Origin: Candidatus Omnitrophota bacterium
Lineage (GTDB): Bacteria > Omnitrophota > Gorgyraeia > Gygaellales > Profunditerraquicolaceae
Assembly: GCA_030691865.1 (NCBI GenBank)
Contig: JAUYDL010000018.1
Span: forward strand, 9,518 to 73,517
DNA length: 64,000 nucleotides
Direction of reading: 5' to 3'
Shown here: piece after piece, positions 56,126-64,000 of the stretch
Layout: every line of letters starts with the position of its first letter
Position numbering within the stretch: position 1 is the stretch's first letter
Notes under the pieces: model-generated
Seen by the model: the letters and a program-made list of their open reading frames with translations, nothing else
Told to the model about the DNA's origin: nothing
The model's database searches: none
Position numbers and translations under genes: made by a program

Positions 56126-57055
56126 ATGAAAATTGTCGTTGTCGGCCCGGGAGCAATGGGATGTCTTTTCGCGGCATATCTAGCAAAATCAAAAGAAGAG
56201 ATTTGGCTTCTAGATAAAAGTAAGGAACGGGCTGCTAAGATTAATGAGTGCGGGATTTCCCTGGAAGAAGAAAGCGGCTCCTGGCAGTCAAAACCAAAAG
56301 CTACCGCCAATCCCCAAGATATTGGCAAAGCCGATTTAATACTTATCTGCGTTAAATCTTTCCATACCAAAGTAGCCATTGAACAAATCAAACCGCTTCT
56401 GGGCCAGGAGACCAAAATTCTAACCTTGCAAAACGGAATCGGCAATGTTGAAATCATCTCTGAGCTAACCGGTGAAGAAAGAGTCGTTGCCGGCGTAACC
56501 AATGAAGGTGCAACTTTAATGGATATCGGTAAAATTCGCCACGCCGGGCGCGGTGAGACGATTATCGGAGCTATCGACGGCAAAACCCCGGTTCAAATGC
56601 GCGCTATCCGCGAGGTCTTTAATAAAGTCGGCTTTGAATGCAAAATGTCACGCGACATAAAAAGCCTGCTCTGGAGCAAATTAATTATTAACGTTGGAAT
56701 CAATGCTTTGTCCGCAATTACGCGCCTGCCTAACGGCAAACTTATAGAATACGAAGGCACCAGAAGAATCTTAAGGGATGCGGTCACGGAAGCCGCGCGT
56801 ATTGCCAAGAGAAAACGTATAAAATTAATTTTTGATGATCCGCTGGCAAAAGTGGAAGCAGTTTGTGAAGGCACGCAGGGTAATCTTTCTTCGATGCTTC
56901 AAGATGTATTAAGAAAAAAGCACACCGAGGTTGACTTCATTAACGGAGTAATTGTGCGGCTGGGGCAAGAGTTGGGTATTGCTGTGCCAACCAATAAGTT
57001 CCTTCTGGACCTGGTGAAAACCATTGAATCCAGCTACGCGCAATCAGCGCAATAA
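56126..57055 (+). CDS. panE: 2-dehydropantoate 2-reductase (ketopantoate reductase, ApbA/PanE)
   Basis: 309 aa. The N-terminal Rossmann region is MKIVVVGPGAMGCLFAAYL, followed by the ApbA C-terminal domain. Confidence 0.8.
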   Translation: MKIVVVGPGAMGCLFAAYLAKSKEEIWLLDKSKERAAKINECGISLEEESGSWQSKPKATANPQDIGKADLILICVKSFHTKVAIEQIKPLLGQETKILTLQNGIGNVEIISELTGEERVVAGVTNEGATLMDIGKIRHAGRGETIIGAIDGKTPVQMRAIREVFNKVGFECKMSRDIKSLLWSKLIINVGINALSAITRLPNGKLIEYEGTRRILRDAVTEAARIAKRKRIKLIFDDPLAKVEAVCEGTQGNLSSMLQDVLRKKHTEVDFINGVIVRLGQELGIAVPTNKFLLDLVKTIESSYAQSAQ

Positions 57056-57087
57056 ACTTTAAAAACGTTAAAAAAACTTTTAAACTA

Positions 57088-58050
57088 ATGGCTTTTAGCG
57101 CAAAAACACGCAGATACTTAGTTGCTTTTTTGATCATTGGATGGAGCATAACCTTAATTTATTCTCTGTCACGTTCTAATCCGCCAAAATACCCGCTAAA
57201 AGCAAAACGGCTTTACCGTGACAATCGCCTTTTAATGGGGACATTTTGGCAGGTTTCCTCACCAAATAATCAAGCCGGCGCGATTGTTTTCTCAGAAGTC
57301 AGCCGGATCCAACAGCTACTCAGTAAATATATCCAGACCAGTGAAATCTCCCGGCTTAATCGTTTAGGAAGATTAAAAGTAAGCGCGGATACGTTTTTTG
57401 TTATAAAAAAATCCCAGGAATTCTGCCGCCTTACTCAAGGAGCCTTTGACATTACAGTTGCCCCATTAGTTGACCTTTGGGGATTCACCAATCAAGAATT
57501 CCAGGTGCCCAGCGATGATAAAATCCGTGCTGTTTTAGAGCTGGTGGGAAGCGATAAAATTATTTTACATGAAAAAGATAATGTGGTAGAATTCAAAATT
57601 CCGGGAACCCGGATTGACCTGGGGGCAATTGCCAAGGGTTTTGCCCTGGATTGTGCGGTCAAAAAGTTAAAAGAAAACAATATTGATAGTTGCCTGATTA
57701 ACGCCGGAGGCCAAGTTTATGCCTTAGGAAATAAATTCGGCCAAGCTTGGAAGATCGCCATCCGGGGGGCAAATAAATCTGAAATCACAACTACACTGGA
57801 GCTGAAAAACAAATCCGCATCTACCACCGGTAATTACGAGCAATTCTTTTTTAAAAATGGCAAGCGTTACTGTCATATCATCGACCCCCGCTCCGGTTAT
57901 CCAGCTCAGACCCAAATTACTTCGGTAACTGTCGTTGCTGACCAAGGATTAACTGCGGACGCTTTATCTACAAGCCTATTTGTGTTAGGAAAGAAAGATG
58001 TTGAAGAAATATTAAAAAAATTTCCCGGAACTTTAGTTAAAATTTATTAA
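57088..58050 (+). CDS. apbE: FAD:protein FMN transferase (ApbE family), membrane anchored
   Basis: 320 aa with ApbE motifs (TVAPLVDLWGF, IDLGAIAKG). Confidence 0.8.
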   Translation: MAFSAKTRRYLVAFLIIGWSITLIYSLSRSNPPKYPLKAKRLYRDNRLLMGTFWQVSSPNNQAGAIVFSEVSRIQQLLSKYIQTSEISRLNRLGRLKVSADTFFVIKKSQEFCRLTQGAFDITVAPLVDLWGFTNQEFQVPSDDKIRAVLELVGSDKIILHEKDNVVEFKIPGTRIDLGAIAKGFALDCAVKKLKENNIDSCLINAGGQVYALGNKFGQAWKIAIRGANKSEITTTLELKNKSASTTGNYEQFFFKNGKRYCHIIDPRSGYPAQTQITSVTVVADQGLTADALSTSLFVLGKKDVEEILKKFPGTLVKIY

Positions 58051-59396
58051 TGAACATACCTAATCAATCAACTGATATAAATATCTCTGCGGCCAAGATG
58101 TTTATTTTTTTCTCCCGGCTAATGGATAAACCTGTGCTGGATAAAGACGGCAAAACCGTCGGAGAGATTTATGACCTGGTGGTAAAATCCTCTCAAGTCT
58201 ACCCGCTTTCCGATGCCTTGATTATTCGCAAAGGTTTTCCCAATCGTAAATACGCGCTGGTCAATTGGCCGGATATTGAAAGAATCGACAAGGAAGGGGC
58301 CCAGCTAAAAATAGAAAGATCTGTACTAAATTTCAACCAGATTCACGATGAGAAGAAAGAGTTTACGCTAAGACGGGATATACTCGATCAGCAGGTAGTG
58401 GACACTCATAATCATAAAGTCATCCGCGTAAATGATATCCAGCTTTTGGTTGTTGACCATGCTTTAATGATCGCTCACGTAGATATTGGAAGCCGCGGTC
58501 TCCTGCGGCGCCTGGGATTTGAAAAAAGCGTAGACTTAATCGTGAAGCTATTTAATCCCCAAGCCAGATATCTTAGCAACGAACATTTGATCTCCTGGAA
58601 ACATATTCAACCGCTGACCATTAATCCGGTAAGTATGACCATAAAGATTGACCTGCCGCAAGAGAACCTCGCCAGCATACCGGCAGCGGACTTAGGAGAC
58701 ATTTTTCTGGATTTAAATATAAATCATCAGATCGCGCTCTTTAAATCATTGAATCTGGCCAATAAAACAAAAATCTTTACCAACATTGATTTTAAAACTC
58801 AAGCCTTACTGCTTGATGAAATGAATGATTTTGAAATTTCCGAATTACTTAATAATACCCCTTCAGATGAAGCCACGGATTTCCTGGAAAAATTACCCAG
58901 GGAAAAAATCAAACACATCTTGAGCTTAATCGAAAATAAATATTCTAAACGCCTTTCACAACTGTTGGGTTATTCCGGTGATTCTGCCGGAGGCCTGATG
59001 ACTACCGAATATATCGTTTTTACCAAAGACACCCTTGTCCAGGCAGCCTTAAACCAAATACGGGAACGTAAATTTAAATCCGAGCCGGCGCAGTTTATTT
59101 ATATTATTGATGAAACTCAGCATCTAATTTCGGTAACTAATTTTCGCCGGCTCATTCTGGCTAACCCTGGCGAGCCAATTGCCAACTCCGCTTTCCCCAA
59201 GACATATTTTGTGCACTTAGATTCAAGCGTTAAAGAGGTTGCCTACTTAATGGAAAAATACAAATATTTTGCTATCCCCGTTGTGGATGAAAATAATGTT
59301 TTGCAGGGGATTATCACGGTTGATGATATCCTAAGCCAGCTGATTGCCTTTGCCTGGCGCAGGCTTAAAAGAATAAAAATTATGCAAAAGATATGA
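58050..59396 (+). CDS. soluble MgtE-type regulatory protein: two PRC-barrel-like modules, an MgtE N-domain and a CBS pair, with no transmembrane channel domain
   Basis: 448 aa. PRC-barrel-like regions are VLDKDGKTVGEIYDLVV and VVDTHNHKVIRVNDIQLLVV. The MgtE_N region is LGDIFLDLNINHQIALFKSL...LDEMNDFEISELL. Two CBS motifs follow. The ORF ends where the 5-TM MgtE channel domain would start, and its stop overlaps the next start by 4 nt. Confidence 0.65.
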   Translation: MNIPNQSTDINISAAKMFIFFSRLMDKPVLDKDGKTVGEIYDLVVKSSQVYPLSDALIIRKGFPNRKYALVNWPDIERIDKEGAQLKIERSVLNFNQIHDEKKEFTLRRDILDQQVVDTHNHKVIRVNDIQLLVVDHALMIAHVDIGSRGLLRRLGFEKSVDLIVKLFNPQARYLSNEHLISWKHIQPLTINPVSMTIKIDLPQENLASIPAADLGDIFLDLNINHQIALFKSLNLANKTKIFTNIDFKTQALLLDEMNDFEISELLNNTPSDEATDFLEKLPREKIKHILSLIENKYSKRLSQLLGYSGDSAGGLMTTEYIVFTKDTLVQAALNQIRERKFKSEPAQFIYIIDETQHLISVTNFRRLILANPGEPIANSAFPKTYFVHLDSSVKEVAYLMEKYKYFAIPVVDENNVLQGIITVDDILSQLIAFAWRRLKRIKIMQKI

Positions 59397-60631
59397 AAAA
59401 CCTAAAAACTTTTTGGGCAAAAATTCTGATTTTCCTTTCTGTAATGGGCCCGGGAATTATCACGGCTAACGTGGATAATGATGCCGGCGGGATTACTACT
59501 TACTCCGTAGCCGGGGCGCACTTTGGTTATGCCCTGATCTGGTCATTTATCCCGATTATTATTGCCCTGGTAATTATCCAGGAGATGTGCAGCCGGATGG
59601 CGGTAGTTACCGGTAAAGGCCTGGCGGATTTGATCCGGGAAGAGTTCGGAGTCAGAGTGACTTTTTACGCGATGACAGTTTTAGTCCTTTCCAATATCTT
59701 TAACACGATTTCAGAGTTTGCCGGCATTGCCGCCAGCGCCGAACTTTTTGGAATCAGTAAATATCTGTTGGTACCGGTCTGCGCATTATTTGTCTGGTGG
59801 TTGATTGTAAAAGGCACCTATAAATCAGTAGAGAAGGTGTTTTTGGTTGCCTGTTTATTTTATGTTTGCTATATCGTCTCGGGGTTTCTCTCTAAACCTG
59901 ACTGGAACTTAATCGCCAAAAGCTCGGTTCATCCAAATTTCCAGTTTGATAAAGCCTATATTTTTATGCTCATCGGGGTCGTCGGCACCACGATTGCCCC
60001 CTGGATGCAATTCTACCAGCAATCTTCGGTAGTTGAGAAGGGGATCAAGCTTGAAAATTACAAATACTGCCGGTTAGATGTAATTATTGGAGCATTTATA
60101 GTTAATATCATTGCCATCTTTATTATTATCGTCTGCGCCAACACTCTTTTTGCTAACGGCATCAGAGTCGAAACAGCCAAGGAAGCGGCCCTGGCCCTAA
60201 AGCCATTAGCCGGGCAATACTGTTTTTATCTTTTTGCCTTTGGGCTGCTCAATGCCTCAGTATTTTCGGCCTGTATTTTACCATTATCTACGGCATATTC
60301 GGTATGCGAAGGAATGGGCTGGGAGATCGGGGTCAATCGCACATTTAAAGAAGCGCCGCAATTTTATAGCTTATATACTGCAATCATCGTAATCGGCGCT
60401 GCGGTAATATTAATACCGGGAGTCAAACTCATACCGGTTATGCTCATCTCTCAGGCCACGAATGGCATCCTGCTTCCTTTTGTATTGATCTTCATGCTGC
60501 TTTTGGTAAATAATAAAAGGCTGATGGGTAAATATATTAATTCTAAATTCTATAATTTCTGCGCTATACTCATAATCGTGGCGATGATTTTACTTTCTCT
60601 ATTTCTGTTTTTTACTGTATTTATTAAATAA
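59393..60631 (+). CDS. NRAMP-family divalent metal cation transporter (MntH-like)
   Basis: 412 aa with 11-12 TM helices. The Nramp signature is MGPGIITANVDNDAGGITTYS. Confidence 0.75.
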   Translation: MKNLKTFWAKILIFLSVMGPGIITANVDNDAGGITTYSVAGAHFGYALIWSFIPIIIALVIIQEMCSRMAVVTGKGLADLIREEFGVRVTFYAMTVLVLSNIFNTISEFAGIAASAELFGISKYLLVPVCALFVWWLIVKGTYKSVEKVFLVACLFYVCYIVSGFLSKPDWNLIAKSSVHPNFQFDKAYIFMLIGVVGTTIAPWMQFYQQSSVVEKGIKLENYKYCRLDVIIGAFIVNIIAIFIIIVCANTLFANGIRVETAKEAALALKPLAGQYCFYLFAFGLLNASVFSACILPLSTAYSVCEGMGWEIGVNRTFKEAPQFYSLYTAIIVIGAAVILIPGVKLIPVMLISQATNGILLPFVLIFMLLLVNNKRLMGKYINSKFYNFCAILIIVAMILLSLFLFFTVFIK

Positions 60632-60639
60632 AATTTTCT

Positions 60640-61464
60640 ATGGATATAAACGAAATTAAGGATTTAAAAGGCAAACGCAAGATTACTATGTTGACAGCCT
60701 ATGATTATCCCACGGCTTACCTAGTGGATAAAGCCGGAATTGATATAATCTTAGTCGGTGACTCTTTGGCGAATGTTGTTTTGGGGCTGGAATCCACAAC
60801 CCAGGTGGGAATGCCGGAAATGCTGCACCATACCAAAGCAGTGAGCCGGGCAGTAAAAAACTCACTTCTGATCGCTGATATGCCCTATAGCTCTTACCAA
60901 CTTAACCCCCATGAATGCGTTATTAATGCTCAGAGATTTATCACCGAAGCAGGTTGCCAGGGAGTAAAACTAGAATGGTTTGATAATTGCCTGAAGGTAA
61001 CTGAACAAATTATTCGGGCGCAAATCCCGGTGATGGGCCATATCGGGTTAACTCCCCAGACCGCGGATAAAATCAATGGTTTTAAGTGCCAGGGAAAAGA
61101 TGCCAAAACAGCTAGCCGCCTGATTAACCAAGCAGAAGAACTCGAAAAAAAAGGATGCTTTGCTATTGTTTTAGAGTGCCTGCCTGATAAAATTGCTGAA
61201 CTGATTACTAAAAAAATAAAAATTCCTACCATTGGTATAGGGGCCGGAATTCATTGTGACGGACAGGTCCTGGTGATTAATGACATGCTTGGCCTGTTTG
61301 ATCGTTATACCCCAAAATTTGTCAAAAAATACGCTGATCTTTCTCCCCTGATATTAGAAGCCGTCCAGAATTTTAAAAATGAGGTTATTCAGGAAAAATT
61401 TCCCACCCCCCAACATTCTTTTATTATCAAAGAAGAAGAGCTTAAGAAAATTAATGGCCACTAA
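60640..61464 (+). CDS. panB: 3-methyl-2-oxobutanoate hydroxymethyltransferase (ketopantoate hydroxymethyltransferase)
   Basis: 274 aa beginning KITMLTAYDYPTAYLVDKAGIDIILVGDSLANVVLG. Confidence 0.9.
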   Translation: MDINEIKDLKGKRKITMLTAYDYPTAYLVDKAGIDIILVGDSLANVVLGLESTTQVGMPEMLHHTKAVSRAVKNSLLIADMPYSSYQLNPHECVINAQRFITEAGCQGVKLEWFDNCLKVTEQIIRAQIPVMGHIGLTPQTADKINGFKCQGKDAKTASRLINQAEELEKKGCFAIVLECLPDKIAELITKKIKIPTIGIGAGIHCDGQVLVINDMLGLFDRYTPKFVKKYADLSPLILEAVQNFKNEVIQEKFPTPQHSFIIKEEELKKINGH

Positions 61465-62170
61465 ACGCTTCGCCAAAAACTCCAGCCGCGCGATTTTATT
61501 GATCATCGCCCTGGCATTCATTATTAAATTTGCCGGGCCGAATATTTTAAGGCAATATATCAGCTATGGTATCGGTAATTGTAAAATCACTCCGATACTG
61601 TGCATGCAGCCCGAAGAGAAAATTTTTGCCCCACAAATCAATAATGAATACCTGGACACTTTGGTCCCGCACGCATTCCCCAAAATGTCGGTTTGTGTGC
61701 CCAAGGGTTTTGCTTTAGTTCAGGAGTTAATTAAGAAACAATACTATAAAAAAAGACATGCCAACAATAAGGCAGTTATTTATCTGCTCATCCAGGAACC
61801 GGGTGGTTTTATTAAACTTTATCCGGATGTGCAAAAGCAGGGAGTCAGGGATAACTATGAATTCATCCGCCGCCTGATGTATGCCCATCTGGATCAGGTA
61901 AATAATATTACCGATGCTTTCTTTCTGGTTATGAAGAGCGTGTTTACTCCAGACATAGGAAACCAAAATACTGCCAAAATGATTAGATTCCAAATAAAAG
62001 ATAAAAAGGGATTTATAAACTACACCATGGCTAGGCCTGATAATTATTTTGATTGCAATGTTTCTGATGCCGATGGAAATTTCTTTAAGGTGTATATAAA
62101 GGATATTGGCGCGCTTCTGGACCTAAATAATGTATTTGCAATAATTTCTACGCTTAGGCCGGTTAATTAG
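61454..62170 (+). CDS. hypothetical membrane-anchored protein
   Basis: 238 aa from the ATG, beginning MATKRFAKNSSRAILLIIALAFIIKFAGP, with one N-terminal TM helix. No recognisable domain. The start was moved from the track ORF start at 61379, which overlaps panB. Confidence 0.4.
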   Translation: MATKRFAKNSSRAILLIIALAFIIKFAGPNILRQYISYGIGNCKITPILCMQPEEKIFAPQINNEYLDTLVPHAFPKMSVCVPKGFALVQELIKKQYYKKRHANNKAVIYLLIQEPGGFIKLYPDVQKQGVRDNYEFIRRLMYAHLDQVNNITDAFFLVMKSVFTPDIGNQNTAKMIRFQIKDKKGFINYTMARPDNYFDCNVSDADGNFFKVYIKDIGALLDLNNVFAIISTLRPVN

Positions 62171-62200
62171 TTCGAGGATTTAACAGTTCGAGGATTTAAC
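62169..62200 (+). repeat. perfect tandem direct repeat 2 x AGTTCGAGGATTTAAC upstream of glyQS
   Basis: Read directly. It lies 39-70 nt upstream of the glyQS ATG. Confidence 0.7.
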
Positions 62201-62238
62201 TTGCTTTTTGGACTAGTTTATGCTAAAAATATAAAACT

Positions 62239-63627
62239 ATGGCAGAAAATTTAATGGATAAAATTGTTTCCCTGTGCAAACGCCGGGGTTTTATTTTTCA
62301 GGGCAGCGAAATTTACGGCGGGCTGGCCAATACCTGGGATTATGGCCCTTACGGGGTAGAATTAAAAAATAACATTAAGCGCGCCTGGTGGAAAGCTAAT
62401 GTCCAGGAGCGCAATGATATCTTAGGCATGGACTGTGCCATTCTTATGCACCCCGGAGTCTGGGAAGCCAGCGGGCATGTGGAGAATTTTTTTGATGAGG
62501 TGATGGAATGTAATAAGTGCAAGAAAAGGTTTAAGGTTGAACAAGTTCAACAAAAATATCCAAGTATAACTACGGGCGGAGGCGTTGGTAAGTGGAAGTG
62601 CTTGGAGTGCGATGGCGAACTGGGCCTGCCGAGAAAATTTAATTTAATGTTTAAAAGTTCTAAAGGTTCTCTTGAGGACACCTCATCACTTGTTTATTTA
62701 CGGCCTGAGACCGCCCAAGGCATGTTTGTGAATTTCTTAAATATCCTTGACACAAAACACCCTAAGCTTCCTTTTGGCCTGGCGCAGATCGGCAAGGCTT
62801 TCCGTAATGAGATTACGACGGGAAATTTTACCTTTCGTACCTGCGAGTTTGAGCAGATGGAGATAGAATATTTTGTCAGGCCGCAAGACGCAGACAAAAA
62901 ATTAGCAGAGTGGATTGAGGCAAGGTTTAACTGGTATCTAGATCTGGGGATAAAAAGCCAAAACCTAAGGAAACGCCAGCACGGTAAAGATGAGCTGGCG
63001 CATTATGCCCATGCCTGCACTGACATAGAATATAATTTCCCGTTCGGCACTTCGACTTCGCTTGAGTGCCATGGTGAGAGTAGTCGAACCGTCGGTTGGG
63101 CAGAATTAGAAGGTATTGCTAACCGTTCGGATTTCGATTTAAAACAGCACGCTCAATACAGCGGCAAAGATTTACAATATTTTGACGATCTAAAAAAAGA
63201 AAAATTTTATCCTTATATTATTGAGCCTTCAGGAGGAGTTGATCGGGCAGTCTTGGCCTTTTTAATTGATGCCTACCATGAGGAGAAGGTCAAAGAAGAA
63301 ACCCGCGTGGTCTTAAAATTAAATAAGGATCTGGCCCCGACAAAAGTAGCCATCTTGCCGCTGCTGCGCAATCGGCCGGAAATTGCGGAATTAGCTAAAA
63401 AAATTTCCCAGGATTTAAAAAAATCTTTTACTGCGATTTATGACGATACCGGTTCCATTGGTAAACTCTACCGCCGGCAAGACGAGGTAGGCACGTTCTA
63501 CTGCGTAACCGTAGATGTGCAGACACTGGAAGATAAACAGGTAACTGTGCGCGACCGTGACACAATGTTACAGGAAAGGATTGGAATTGACAGGGTTAAG
63601 GATTATTTGGTTGAGAAACTAATTTAG
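62239..63627 (+). CDS. glyQS: glycine--tRNA ligase (class II, alpha2 archaeal/eukaryal-type GlyQS)
   Basis: 462 aa with class II motifs, an insertion carrying the CxxC...CxxC zinc knuckle, and a C-terminal anticodon-binding domain. Confidence 0.9.
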   Translation: MAENLMDKIVSLCKRRGFIFQGSEIYGGLANTWDYGPYGVELKNNIKRAWWKANVQERNDILGMDCAILMHPGVWEASGHVENFFDEVMECNKCKKRFKVEQVQQKYPSITTGGGVGKWKCLECDGELGLPRKFNLMFKSSKGSLEDTSSLVYLRPETAQGMFVNFLNILDTKHPKLPFGLAQIGKAFRNEITTGNFTFRTCEFEQMEIEYFVRPQDADKKLAEWIEARFNWYLDLGIKSQNLRKRQHGKDELAHYAHACTDIEYNFPFGTSTSLECHGESSRTVGWAELEGIANRSDFDLKQHAQYSGKDLQYFDDLKKEKFYPYIIEPSGGVDRAVLAFLIDAYHEEKVKEETRVVLKLNKDLAPTKVAILPLLRNRPEIAELAKKISQDLKKSFTAIYDDTGSIGKLYRRQDEVGTFYCVTVDVQTLEDKQVTVRDRDTMLQERIGIDRVKDYLVEKLI

Positions 63628-63659
63628 TATTTTAACAGAAAGGGAAGGTTTAAAAAGTA

Positions 63660-64000
63660 ATGGCAAAGAAATATGTTTACAGTTTCGGCGGCGGTAAAGG
63701 CGAAGGCAATGAAAGTATGAAGAACCTCTTAGGCGGAAAAGGTGCAAATTTAGCCGAGATGGCCGGTAACAAGAATTTGATGTTGCCTGTACCTGCGGGA
63801 TTTACCTGCACCACAGAGGTCTGCACATATTATTATCAGAATAAAAAGAAATATCCCAAAGAATTAAAAGGGCAGGTTTTAAAGGCCTTGGAAAAAGTAG
63901 AAAAATTAATGGACAGGAAATTCGGCGATTGCCTTAATCCATTATTATTTTCTGTGCGTTCCGGCGCCAGAAAATCCATGCCGGGTATGATGGAGACAGT
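63660..64000 (+). CDS. ppdK: pyruvate, phosphate dikinase (N-terminal 113 aa; continues beyond the window)
   Basis: [36 protein letters not shown]... is the canonical PPDK N-terminus. Confidence 0.85.
   Translation, partial: MAKKYVYSFGGGKGEGNESMKNLLGGKGANLAEMAGNKNLMLPVPAGFTCTTEVCTYYYQNKKKYPKELKGQVLKALEKVEKLMDRKFGDCLNPLLFSVRSGARKSMPGMMET

Overview
This is a 64-kb chromosomal segment from a low-GC, probably anaerobic, uncultivated-type bacterium. Every gene is on the + strand except one flippase, so coding is almost completely co-oriented, which suggests a leading-strand replichore region. Content is mostly core housekeeping: tsaD, tilS, ftsH-folP-cdaA, pdxJ, acpS, a hom-thrC-ask threonine cluster, cimA, valS, nadC, uvrB, coaX, groESL, guaA, dnaE, hup, hisS, aspS, the phoH-ybeY-recO unit, panE/panB, glyQS and the start of ppdK. 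There is also a Wood-Ljungdahl corrinoid module (acsC-RACo-cooC-acsD-acsE) with no CODH/ACS catalytic genes in the window. The less ordinary items are: (1) a tRNA cluster in thrU-tyrU-glyT order whose tRNA-Tyr(GUA) carries a 199-nt group I intron of the Azoarcus-like type in its anticodon loop; (2) a 458-aa LAGLIDADG intein in dnaE at the FNK|SHS motif; (3) two families of short GC-rich palindromic repeats. One family is a GGGGACGGTTC hairpin at gene 3' ends. The other is a nested, modular CACCCGGCGC-TAAnnnGAATT-GCGCCGGGTG hairpin inserted in 5' leaders next to a conserved Shine-Dalgarno-proximal palindrome, sometimes supplying the last codons and stop of the upstream gene; (4) a near-identical 65-nt leader with a 12-bp hairpin covering the ribosome-binding site, shared by acsC and panE; (5) a bactofilin fused to an excisionase-type HTH, followed by a membrane-anchored HTH protein; (6) a threonine cluster lacking thrB but containing an archaeal-type iPGM-like gene, a likely homoserine-kinase substitute; (7) a split MgtE-N/CBS regulator translationally coupled to an Nramp transporter. 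Other notes are a perfect CIRCE operator upstream of groES, an (AAATCC)n repeat inside valS, a frameshifted secreted tyrosine phosphatase, and a truncated cdaR remnant. All calls rest on reading the sequence and the ORF translations; no database searches were run.
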